Part shown: piece by piece, positions 15,270-23,665 of the stretch | Layout of the letters: the number at the start of each line of letters is the position of its first letter | Numbering within the stretch: position 1 is the stretch's first letter | Origin: an uncultured Muribaculaceae bacterium | GTDB lineage: Bacteria > Bacillota_I > Bacilli_A > RF39 > UBA660 | Direction of reading: 5' to 3' | Length of the DNA stretch: 36,610 nt | NCBI GenBank assembly: GCA_964637865.1 | Contig: CAZWXX010000001.1 | Span: 1-36,610 of the forward strand | The notes under the pieces: generated by a model | What the model was told of the DNA's origin: nothing | What the model saw: the letters and a program-made list of their open reading frames with translations, nothing else | The model's database searches: none | Position numbers and translations under genes: made by a program

Positions 15270-16370
15270 ATGAAAAAAATTGTATTTGCGATTACTAGTT
15301 TGCAACTAGGTGGTGCTGAGAGAGTTTTAGTTGATATTGTGAACCGTCTAAAAGATGATTATGATATTACGATTTTTACTTTGTATGGAGAAGGGGAGAA
15401 TTTATCTCAAATGGATAAAAAGGTGAAGTGTGTTAGTTTGTATGAAACTTCTTATGAGGCGAGAAGTAAATTACAAAAAATTTTTACTTCTATCTTCATG
15501 GCTTTTCCTATTTTGTGGAAAGTACTTTACTGCAAACATTTTAAAGACAAGTATGATATTGAGATTGCCTTCTTAGAAGGACCTGTTACTTGGATTTTAT
15601 CTTGTCCATCACGTGCTAAAAAAATTGCTTGGATTCATAATGATTTAGAAAGGTTCTTTGATGGTGGAGTCTTTAATAAATGGAAGCATCATTTAAATAA
15701 AAAGGCTTATCGGAATTATCAAAGATTAGTCTTTGTATCGAGGGATAACGAACGTGTTTTTGATAAGTTATATTCAGATATTAAAGGGGAGCATAGACTT
15801 ATTTATAATTATATTGATACCAAAAGAATTGAAGAGTTATCTTTAGAAAAAGTAGACATTCCTTATAAGAGTGGTGCACCTATCTTTGTTAGTGTTTGTC
15901 GGTTAGTTAGTCAAAAGGGACTTGAAAGATTGATTCATGTTCATAAAACATTAATTCAAGATGGTTATTTTCATAGAATTTATATTGTTGGTGGAGGTCC
16001 TTTGAAAGTAGAACTTCTAGACATGATTGATAAAGAAAATGTAAATGATACTTTTATCTTACTTGGAAAGAAAGAAAATCCTTATCCTTTTATTCGAGCA
16101 GCTGACTACTTTATTTTAGCGTCTTTTTATGAAGGATATGGTATGGTACTTGTTGAGGCTCAAATATTAGGTAAGCCTATTTTAATTACTGATACTGCGG
16201 CAAGAGAGGCGGTAGAAGGATATGAAGATACTCTTATTATGAAAAATAGTGAAGAAGGAATTTATAAAGGAATTAAAAAAGTACTTACAGGAAATATGAA
16301 AAAAGGAAAGAAGAAAAAATATCAAAATGATTCTATTATTTGTGATATAATAAATGTATTAGAAAAATAG
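15270..16370 (+). CDS. Family 4 (GT-B, Glycos_transf_1) glycosyltransferase
   Basis: N-terminal ITSLQLGGAERV and C-terminal EX7E region SFYEGYGMVLVEAQILGKP. Confidence 0.88.
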   Translation: MKKIVFAITSLQLGGAERVLVDIVNRLKDDYDITIFTLYGEGENLSQMDKKVKCVSLYETSYEARSKLQKIFTSIFMAFPILWKVLYCKHFKDKYDIEIAFLEGPVTWILSCPSRAKKIAWIHNDLERFFDGGVFNKWKHHLNKKAYRNYQRLVFVSRDNERVFDKLYSDIKGEHRLIYNYIDTKRIEELSLEKVDIPYKSGAPIFVSVCRLVSQKGLERLIHVHKTLIQDGYFHRIYIVGGGPLKVELLDMIDKENVNDTFILLGKKENPYPFIRAADYFILASFYEGYGMVLVEAQILGKPILITDTAAREAVEGYEDTLIMKNSEEGIYKGIKKVLTGNMKKGKKKKYQNDSIICDIINVLEK

Positions 16371-16393
16371 TCTTGTTAGAGTAGAGGAGTTTT

Positions 16394-17299
16394 ATGAAAA
16401 TATCAATTGTAACAGCAACTTATAATCGTCGAGATCTTCTTGTTAGAGTATATGAAAGTATTTTAGAAAATAGTAAGAGTTATTCTGATATAGAATGGCT
16501 TATTATGGATGATGGTAGTAAGGAGAGACTTGATGATGTTATCAAAAAATGGAAAAAGGAAGCCAGTTTTCCTATTTTTCTATTTACTCAGGAAAACAGG
16601 GGGAAGATGGCAGCGATTAATACTTTAATTCCAAAGACTACGGGGGATATCATTATTGAAATGGATGATGATGACTACTTTGTTTCTAATATTTTTTCAA
16701 AAATTGCTCTTGATTATGAGAAAATTATAGATGATGAAGAAGTATATGGTGTGATCTATGAGAAAAAGTTAACGAGTCATAATCGTCCCATTGATTCTTC
16801 CTTTGATGGAAAAGTGTTTACTCTTTATGATTTACATTATAAAGAAAAGTATGATTTTGATATGGCTCTTACTTTTAAAGGGGATTATAGGCGAAAGTTT
16901 TCTTATCCACTGGAACGTGGTGAGAAGTTTGTAACAGAAGCTAGAATGTACTATAAGATGGATCAGGGCATGAAGGGGTTTTTTATAAGGACTTTTCCTA
17001 TTATGATTTGTGAATACAGGGAAGATGGATATACAAAAGGTATTGAAAAATTGTTTAAAAATAACCCTTATGGGTATTATGAATTTTTTAAGGAAGTGTT
17101 TTCTTATTCACAAAAAGGAATTTTATTTTCAAAGAGACTTTATAATATTAAACATTTTATCTTGTTTGGGTATTTGACGAATCGTTCTTTTTTTCAGATG
17201 GTAGTTGTTCCTCGAGGTGTGAATAGAATTTTATTTACTGTTCTATATTTTCCTGGTATAATGTTTTTAGTTCAAAGATTTAAGAGAAATTATAAGTAA
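16394..17299 (+). CDS. Family 2 glycosyltransferase
   Basis: KISIVTATYNRRDLL, MDDGSKE and EMDDDDYF (DXD) motifs. Confidence 0.8.
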   Translation: MKISIVTATYNRRDLLVRVYESILENSKSYSDIEWLIMDDGSKERLDDVIKKWKKEASFPIFLFTQENRGKMAAINTLIPKTTGDIIIEMDDDDYFVSNIFSKIALDYEKIIDDEEVYGVIYEKKLTSHNRPIDSSFDGKVFTLYDLHYKEKYDFDMALTFKGDYRRKFSYPLERGEKFVTEARMYYKMDQGMKGFFIRTFPIMICEYREDGYTKGIEKLFKNNPYGYYEFFKEVFSYSQKGILFSKRLYNIKHFILFGYLTNRSFFQMVVVPRGVNRILFTVLYFPGIMFLVQRFKRNYK

Positions 17300-17339
17300 A
17301 ACTTAGAAATTTATTTAGTTGAAATTGTGGGGGATTTGG

Positions 17340-18464
17340 ATGAATAAAGTGAATGAACGACAATCAAATTATGAATTGTTGCGTATTGTATCTATGCTAT
17401 TTATAATTTTGTGGCATGTAATTTTTCATGGTGAAATATTAGATAATTGTGAAAATGAAGTACTACGATTATTTTTTTTATTCATGGCTTTTGTAGTTCA
17501 TGTGCACGTAAATTCATTTGTTTTAGTTACTGGTTATTTTCAATCTCAAAACAAATTTAAACAATCTAGTGTATGGTCTCTTATTAATGCAAGTTTATTT
17601 TATAGGATTGTTTTTGTTATTTTATTTTCATGTTTGGGATTAGTCACATTAACAAATTTAGAATTATTACAGCGTACTTTTATTTTAAATATTGAAGATT
17701 ATTGGTTTATTACTACTTATCTTATTTTGTATTGTTTAAGTCCGTTTTTAAATAAATTTATTCGTTATGTCGATAAAAGACATTATGAAAAGTTATTGTT
17801 ATTACTTTTTTTTCTAATGTCTGTTATTCCTTATTTATCTGGAAATAGAATATTTAATAATAATGGTTATACATTATATAATTTTATTTTTCTATATTTA
17901 ATTGGTGGTTATCTTCGAAAATATGATATTACTAAAAGCTTTATTTTAAAAAGAATTTCTAAATCTCTTTTGCAGATTATTTTGATTTGTTGCTTTTTCT
18001 TTTGTGCATGTTTAAATTTTTCGATATATGAGACTTCACATTTTTTACTTGGAAGTCATCCTATTATTGATGATGTTGCTAATAATTTTATTTCTATGTC
18101 TTTTTCTTATAGTAATCCAATGATTATGATACAAACTATTGTATTTTTTCTATTCTTTGGTACTCTAAATTTTCAAAGTAAAATCATTAATTTTTTATCT
18201 AAGTTCACTGTAGAAGTTTACCTTATTCATAGTAACATTTTTGTAAATCGACATTTATATCAATGGTTGGGGATTTCTGGTGTATCAATTATTTCATATA
18301 GTTTTATTGGAAGGGTATTGGTTGTAGTATTTTTTATTTATGTTAGTTGTTCGATTTTAGGATTTCTTCGACAATCTTTATTTCGATTTATTTATCATAG
18401 AAAACTAGCATATAAAATTCGAAAAAAATATTATAATTTTCTAAATAATATTTATATAAGTTAA
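17340..18464 (+). CDS. Acyltransferase family 3 (AT3, OafA/WecH-like) membrane O-acyltransferase
   Basis: N-terminal NYELLRIVSMLFIILWHV (AT3 catalytic-His motif) and about 10 TM helices. ATG 17340 follows the RBS GTGGGGGA. Confidence 0.82.
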   Translation: MNKVNERQSNYELLRIVSMLFIILWHVIFHGEILDNCENEVLRLFFLFMAFVVHVHVNSFVLVTGYFQSQNKFKQSSVWSLINASLFYRIVFVILFSCLGLVTLTNLELLQRTFILNIEDYWFITTYLILYCLSPFLNKFIRYVDKRHYEKLLLLLFFLMSVIPYLSGNRIFNNNGYTLYNFIFLYLIGGYLRKYDITKSFILKRISKSLLQIILICCFFFCACLNFSIYETSHFLLGSHPIIDDVANNFISMSFSYSNPMIMIQTIVFFLFFGTLNFQSKIINFLSKFTVEVYLIHSNIFVNRHLYQWLGISGVSIISYSFIGRVLVVVFFIYVSCSILGFLRQSLFRFIYHRKLAYKIRKKYYNFLNNIYIS

Positions 18465-18482
18465 AAGATTTGTAGGCATTTA

Positions 18483-18512
18483 TTGTAATGATAATTTATT
18501 TTATGATATAAT
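18483..18512 (+). promoter_or_regulatory. Internal extended -10 promoter ahead of the amino-sugar block
   Basis: -35 TTGTAA (18483-18488), 18-nt spacer, TGaTATAAT (18504-18512), within a 78-nt intergenic gap. Confidence 0.55.
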
Positions 18513-18542
18513 GAAATTGATAAAGATATTGGGAGTGATAAA

Positions 18543-19670
18543 ATGATAGCATTTAATAAACCTTCTATAACTGAAAAAGAAATTTCTAATGTTGTAGATT
18601 GCTTGAATGGGGGAAAGTTATGTGGTGATGGTAAGTATACACAACTTGTGAATGAATGGTTTGAAAATCAGGGTATTTCTAATTTTTTGTTAACTACTTC
18701 TGGTACTGCATCTTTGGAAATGGCAGCCTTGTTATGTGATTTTCAAGAAGGGGATGAAGTAATTGTGCCTTCTTATACTTTTGTTTCTACAGTAAATGCT
18801 TTTGCACTTCGTGGGGCAAAACCTGTATTTGTAGATATTGATTCTAAAACTATGAATATTGATGCTGATAAGATAGAGGCGGCTATTACAGAAAGAACGA
18901 AAGCAATTTTTCCAATTGATTATGCAGGTGTTGTTTGTGATATGGATAAAATTACATCGATTGCAAAAAAATACCATCTTCTTGTTGTAGAAGATGCTGC
19001 GCAAGCGGTAGGATCTTATTATAAAGGAAGACCGGCAGGTACTTTTGGTGATTATGGCTGTTATAGTTTTCATGAAACTAAAAACTATGTTATGGGTGAA
19101 GGCGGCGGTTTTATTGCTAATAATGATGAATGCTTTTTGAATGCTGAAATTATTCGTGAAAAGGGAACTAATCGTAGTCAATTTATGAAAGGTTTTGTGG
19201 ATAAATATACTTGGCATAAAATAGGATCTTCTTATTTGCCTTCTGATATTTTAGCAGCCTTGTTATATGGCCAATTAGAACGATTTGATGAGATTATGGA
19301 GAAAAGAATGCATGTCTGGAATACTTACCACGAGTTTTTAAAACCATATGAGGAAAAAAAATTGTTACTTCGTCCTTTTATTCCGGAAGAATGTCAACAT
19401 AATGCTCATATGTATTATATAATTTTGCCTACTGCTGAGAAACGTGATGAGATGATTTCGTATTTGCGTGAAAATGATATTATAGCGCCATTTCACTATA
19501 TTCCGCTTCATTTATCACCCGTTGGGAAAAAATATGGTTATAAAGAGGGTGATCTTCCTATTACAGAGGAATATGCTGCTAGACTTATTAGACTTCCCTT
19601 ATCTGCTGAGATGACAGAAGAAGAAATTTCTACGGTTTGTAAGACTTTAGCAAAGAAGTTGGGTGATTAG
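18543..19670 (+). CDS. wecE: dTDP-4-keto-6-deoxy-D-glucose 4-aminotransferase (DegT/DnrJ/EryC1 family, WecE-like)
   Basis: Colinear with E. coli WecE as recalled: GKLCGDG, SGTASLEMAALL, PSYTFVSTVNAF, PLP-Lys motif FHETKN, IREKGTNRSQF, VDKYTW..IGSSYL, NAHMYYI, FHYIPLH. C4 stereochemistry (Fuc4N vs Qui4N) cannot be inferred. Confidence 0.88.
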   Translation: MIAFNKPSITEKEISNVVDCLNGGKLCGDGKYTQLVNEWFENQGISNFLLTTSGTASLEMAALLCDFQEGDEVIVPSYTFVSTVNAFALRGAKPVFVDIDSKTMNIDADKIEAAITERTKAIFPIDYAGVVCDMDKITSIAKKYHLLVVEDAAQAVGSYYKGRPAGTFGDYGCYSFHETKNYVMGEGGGFIANNDECFLNAEIIREKGTNRSQFMKGFVDKYTWHKIGSSYLPSDILAALLYGQLERFDEIMEKRMHVWNTYHEFLKPYEEKKLLLRPFIPEECQHNAHMYYIILPTAEKRDEMISYLRENDIIAPFHYIPLHLSPVGKKYGYKEGDLPITEEYAARLIRLPLSAEMTEEEISTVCKTLAKKLGD

Positions 19671-19671
19671 T

Positions 19672-20193
19672 ATGTTAGAAAATGAAATATTAGAGTTGCG
19701 ACCTATTTCTGTAGAAGATACAGACAATATTTTAAAATGGAGAAATAGCAAGGAAGTTAAAAAGTTTTTCTGTATGCAAGAAGATTTAACTAGAGAAGGA
19801 CATTTATCATGGTTAGAAAATAAAGTTAAAACAGGGAAAGTTGTTCAATATATTATTCATGTAAAAGATTCTGATAAAGATTTGGGGTCTGTTTATATTA
19901 GAAATATTGATAAAGAACATTCAAATGGAGAATTTGGTATTTTCATTGGTGAAGTTTGCGATAGAGGTCATGGTTATGGAACAATGGCTATGAAGCTTAT
20001 TTGTGATTATGCTTTTAAAAAGTTACATCTTCATAAGATTTATTTGAGAGTTTTAGAAGATAATAAAGGAGCGATTGCTAGTTATAAGAAAAATCAGTTT
20101 GAAGAAGAGGGAATTTTTAAAGATCATGTGTATAATCCAGAAGTTGGTTATTTAAATCTAGTATTTATGGGAAGGATTAATCCGTATGAGTAA
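19672..20193 (+). CDS. GNAT N-acetyltransferase, PseH/RimL-like (probable amino-sugar N-acetyltransferase)
   Basis: LELRPISVEDTDNILKWRNSKEVKKFF...HLSWLENK pattern as in PseH-type enzymes, plus acetyl-CoA loop RGHGYGTMAM. ATG starts 2 nt after the wecE-like stop. Confidence 0.78.
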   Translation: MLENEILELRPISVEDTDNILKWRNSKEVKKFFCMQEDLTREGHLSWLENKVKTGKVVQYIIHVKDSDKDLGSVYIRNIDKEHSNGEFGIFIGEVCDRGHGYGTMAMKLICDYAFKKLHLHKIYLRVLEDNKGAIASYKKNQFEEEGIFKDHVYNPEVGYLNLVFMGRINPYE

Positions 20194-21124
20194 AATATCT
20201 TATGTTATTCCCTGTTATAGATCTGAACATACTATAAAGGATGTAGTATTGGAATTAGAAAAATTGATGGTTAGCGAATTGAAAAAGTATCAGTATGAAA
20301 TTATTTTGGTAAATGATGGTTCTCCTGATGATCTTCATTCTGTTATTCAAAAAGAGTTTTCAAACGATTCTCATGTTCAATATATTAGACTTGCCAAAAA
20401 TTTTAGTCAACATAATGCAGTTATGGCAGGACTTAATCATGCTAAGGGAAGTATTATTGTATGTTTGGATGATGACGGGCAGACTTCTGTTTTAGAAATT
20501 CCTAAATTGGTTTCTGCTTTAAATGATGATATTGATGTTGCATATGCTAAATATCCTAATAAAAAGCATAGTTGGTTTCGTAACCTTGGTAGTAAATTTA
20601 ATGATTATATGTTAAAGACTATGTTAGATAAGCCTAAAGATTTATATATTTCTAGTTTCTTTGCTATGAAAAGTTATGTGAAGAATGAAATGATCAAATA
20701 TTATAATCCTTATCCTTATTTAGGTGGACTTATTCTTCGGATTACGAATCGAATTATAAATGTAGAAGTAAGCCATTTTGATCGTGTTGAAGGTAGTTCA
20801 GGATATACTTTTAAAAAACTTTTGAAATTATATGTTAATGGATTAACTAATTTTTCTGTAAAGCCATTACGGGTTTCTCTTACATTTTCTTTTCTTTTTA
20901 TTCTAATTGCTGTTATATTTGGTATTTATTTAATTGTTAATAAGATTATTAATCCTTTAACTCCAATGGGATGGACTTCTACGATGATTTTGATTTTATT
21001 TATTGGTGCTGCTATTACTTTTCTATTAGGGATCATTGGGGAATATGTTGGAAGAATTTATATTTCTATTAATAAAATTCCACAATATGTAGAATTGCGA
21101 GATGATGAAAATGCCAAAAATTAA
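20186..21124 (+). CDS. Polyprenyl-phosphate glycosyltransferase, GT2, ArnC-like
   Basis: YVIPCYRSE, VNDGSPDD, NFSQHNAVMAGLNHAKG (ArnC NYGQHSAIMAGFSHVTG), LDDDGQ, SWFRN, two C-terminal TMs and GEYVGRIY (ArnC GEYIGRIY). 8-nt overlap with the upstream GNAT. Confidence 0.85.
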   Translation: MSKISYVIPCYRSEHTIKDVVLELEKLMVSELKKYQYEIILVNDGSPDDLHSVIQKEFSNDSHVQYIRLAKNFSQHNAVMAGLNHAKGSIIVCLDDDGQTSVLEIPKLVSALNDDIDVAYAKYPNKKHSWFRNLGSKFNDYMLKTMLDKPKDLYISSFFAMKSYVKNEMIKYYNPYPYLGGLILRITNRIINVEVSHFDRVEGSSGYTFKKLLKLYVNGLTNFSVKPLRVSLTFSFLFILIAVIFGIYLIVNKIINPLTPMGWTSTMILILFIGAAITFLLGIIGEYVGRIYISINKIPQYVELRDDENAKN

Positions 21125-21455
21125 AAATCTTATTTTTATTCATATTGCTTTTCTTATTTATTCTATTGCCTCTTTTCTTTCAAAATGTGCTGGAACGAGC
21201 AATAATTTTCTTTTTTTCCTTTTCTTTTATGGATGTAGTTTCTTATGTCTTGGAATTTATGCTATTCTTTGGCAAAAAATTTTAAATAAAAATTCACTTA
21301 TTTTTTCTTATTTAAATAAAGGTATTACTTTGTTTTGGGGATTACTTTTTGGCTTTTTCTTTTTTCAAGAAAAGGTGAAATGGAATATGATAGTTGGAAT
21401 TGTTATAGTTATATTAGGAATTGTACTAGTTAGTTCTGAGGAGGAAACATCATGA
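21102..21455 (+). CDS. Small 4-TM EamA/SMR-like membrane protein, ArnE-like flippase subunit candidate
   Basis: 117 aa with four hydrophobic helices. C-terminal half ...FQEKVKWNMIVGIVIVILGIVLV resembles ArnE ...[23 protein letters not shown]. Overlaps the upstream GT2; the start could be 21102, 21105 or 21111. Confidence 0.65.
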   Translation: MMKMPKIKNLIFIHIAFLIYSIASFLSKCAGTSNNFLFFLFFYGCSFLCLGIYAILWQKILNKNSLIFSYLNKGITLFWGLLFGFFFFQEKVKWNMIVGIVIVILGIVLVSSEEETS

Positions 21456-21766
21456 TTATTTTATTTCTTTTTTCCGTAATGATTGCTAGTATTAGTCAGA
21501 TACTTTTGAAGCTTGGAAGTAAAAATGAAAAAAATTTATATATTAATAAATATACGATTGGTGGTTATTTCATTTTGATTATTTCTACCTTTTGTACTGT
21601 TATGGCTTATAAAAAAATTCCTTTATCTACAGGGGTATTACTTGAAACTTTAAGTTACATTTTTGTGCCATGTCTGAGTTTTCACTTTTTAGGAGAAAAA
21701 TTAAGTCGAAAAAGAATAATTGGAATGGTTGTTATTGTGATTGGAATTATAATTTTTAGTTTGTAG
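21452..21766 (+). CDS. Small 4-TM EamA/SMR-like membrane protein, ArnF-like flippase subunit candidate
   Basis: 104 aa. N-terminus LFSVMIASISQILLKLGS vs ArnF LFSVIIASVAQLSLGFAAS. ATGA overlap with the preceding gene; RBS GAGGAGGA. Confidence 0.65.
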   Translation: MIILFLFSVMIASISQILLKLGSKNEKNLYINKYTIGGYFILIISTFCTVMAYKKIPLSTGVLLETLSYIFVPCLSFHFLGEKLSRKRIIGMVVIVIGIIIFSL

Positions 21767-21774
21767 GAGGAATT

Positions 21775-22695
21775 ATGAAAGGTATTATATTAGCTGGTGG
21801 AAAGGGTACAAGGCTTTATCCAATGACAAAAGCAGTATCCAAACAGTTACTTCCTTTATATGATAAACCAATGATTTATTATCCACTTTCCATTTTGATG
21901 CTTGCTGGTATTAAAGAAGTGTTAATTATTTCGACACCTCATGATTTGGATCAATATAAAAAACTACTTGGTGATGGTAGTGATATTGGTATGACTTTTG
22001 TTTACAAAGAACAAAAAGAGCCAAATGGTTTGGCGGAAGCATTTATTATTGGGGAAGACTTTATTGGAAATGATAGTGTATGTTTGATTTTAGGAGATAA
22101 TGTTTTTTATGGATCTACTTTACAAGAAAAATTGAAAGTAGCTTCTAATCTTACAGAAGGAGGTATTATTTTTGGTAGTTTAGTAGACGATCCTACTGCC
22201 TTTGGTGTTGTAAAATTTGATGATGATTTTAATGCTTTATCTATTGAAGAAAAACCAGAAAATCCACAATCTAAATGGGCAGTACCAGGACTTTATTTTT
22301 ATGACAATGATGTTATTGAAATTGCTAAAGGTGTAAAGCCATCTGCTAGAGGTGAAGTAGAGATTACTTCCATTAATAATGAATATTTACGTCGTAAGAA
22401 ATTAAAAGTTATTACTTTAGGTAGGGGAGTAGCGTGGTTAGATACTGGTACTCCTAAGGGAATGAGTCAAGCAAGTAGATTCGTCGAAATTATTCAAGAA
22501 CGGCAAGGACTTTATATTTCTTGTATCGAAGAAATTGCTTATTATCAAGGATTTATTTCTAAAGATCAATTAAGAAAATTAGGCGAAAATTTGAAAAAAA
22601 CTGATTACGGTCAATATATATTAGGAATTGCGAATAGCAAAGAGGAGGAAAATTATGAAAATATTAGTAACTGGTGGGGCAGGATTTATAGGTAG
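21775..22695 (+). CDS. rmlA: Glucose-1-phosphate thymidylyltransferase
   Basis: MKGIILAGGKGTRLYPMTKAVSKQLLPLYDKPMIYYPLS is the canonical RmlA N-terminus. RBS GTAGGAGGA. The 3' end overlaps rmlB by 41 nt. Confidence 0.95.
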   Translation: MKGIILAGGKGTRLYPMTKAVSKQLLPLYDKPMIYYPLSILMLAGIKEVLIISTPHDLDQYKKLLGDGSDIGMTFVYKEQKEPNGLAEAFIIGEDFIGNDSVCLILGDNVFYGSTLQEKLKVASNLTEGGIIFGSLVDDPTAFGVVKFDDDFNALSIEEKPENPQSKWAVPGLYFYDNDVIEIAKGVKPSARGEVEITSINNEYLRRKKLKVITLGRGVAWLDTGTPKGMSQASRFVEIIQERQGLYISCIEEIAYYQGFISKDQLRKLGENLKKTDYGQYILGIANSKEEENYENISNWWGRIYR

Positions 22696-23665
22696 TAACT
22701 TTCTACATTATATGGTAGATAAGTATCCTAATTATCAATTTGTTTGTTTAGATGCTTTAACTTATGCGGGAAATTATAATAACATTAAAGAATTAGAAGA
22801 ATGTTCTAATTATAAATTTGTAAAAGGGGATATTACAGATACTTCTTTTGTTGATCAATTATTTCTTGATGAGAAATTTGATTGGGTTGTAAATTTTGCA
22901 GCGGAGAGTCATGTAGATAATTCTATTAAAAATCCTGGTGTGTTTTTAACCACTAATATTTTAGGAACGCAAGTACTAATGGATGCTTCTCGTAAGTATG
23001 GTATTAAACGTTATCATCAAGTATCTACTGATGAGGTTTATGGCGATTTGCCACTTGATAGACCTGATTTGAAGTTTACTGAGGAAACACCAATTCACAC
23101 ATCTAGTCCATATTCATCTAGTAAAGCAGGAGCGGATTTACTTGTTGGTGCTTATTATAGAACTTATGGTCTTCCTATTACAATTTCACGTTGTTCTAAC
23201 AATTATGGTGCTTATCAATTCCCAGAAAAATTGATTCCTGTTGTCATTAGTAAAGCGATGAATGATGAAAAGATTCCTGTTTATGGAAAGGGAGAAAATG
23301 TTAGAGATTGGATTCATGTTCATGATCATAATGTTGGTGTTGATTTGATTTTGCATAATGGTCGTGTTGGTGAAGTTTATAATTTAGGCGGACATTCTGA
23401 AAAGACTAATTTAGAAGTAGTTAAAACGATTTTAGATACACTTGGAAAAAGCGAGGATTTAATTGAATTTGTCGCAGATCGACCTGGTCATGATTTGCGT
23501 TATGCAATTGATTCTACAAAGGCAGAAAAAGAATTAGGTTGGGAAAGAACTTTTAATTTTGAGGATGGAATGAAAGAGACGATCAAATGGTATGTAAATA
23601 ATCAGAAGTGGATTGAAGATATAAAAAACGGAAGCTATAAGGAGGCATACATACATGATAAATAA
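22655..23665 (+). CDS. rmlB: dTDP-glucose 4,6-dehydratase
   Basis: MKILVTGGAGFIGSNF (NAD Rossmann motif), catalytic YSSSK, HVDNS and RPGHDLRYAID. RBS AAAGAGGAGGA precedes ATG 22655. Confidence 0.95.
   Translation: MKILVTGGAGFIGSNFLHYMVDKYPNYQFVCLDALTYAGNYNNIKELEECSNYKFVKGDITDTSFVDQLFLDEKFDWVVNFAAESHVDNSIKNPGVFLTTNILGTQVLMDASRKYGIKRYHQVSTDEVYGDLPLDRPDLKFTEETPIHTSSPYSSSKAGADLLVGAYYRTYGLPITISRCSNNYGAYQFPEKLIPVVISKAMNDEKIPVYGKGENVRDWIHVHDHNVGVDLILHNGRVGEVYNLGGHSEKTNLEVVKTILDTLGKSEDLIEFVADRPGHDLRYAIDSTKAEKELGWERTFNFEDGMKETIKWYVNNQKWIEDIKNGSYKEAYIHDK

Noticed and set aside
22655-22695. The 41-nt overlap between rmlA and rmlB and the ~14-aa C-terminal extension of RmlA, as a possible frameshift or pseudogene.
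   Set aside because: Both ORFs are full length with intact catalytic motifs. The rmlB start has a strong RBS inside the rmlA tail. The simplest reading is a slightly extended RmlA C-terminus with translational coupling.
21775-23665. Calling the locus a rhamnose-polysaccharide (Rgp/Epa-like rhamnan) cluster because rmlA and rmlB are present.
   Set aside because: rmlC (epimerase) and rmlD (reductase) are absent from the window, and a WecE-type transaminase that consumes the RmlB product is present in the same block. rmlCD could still lie elsewhere in the genome.
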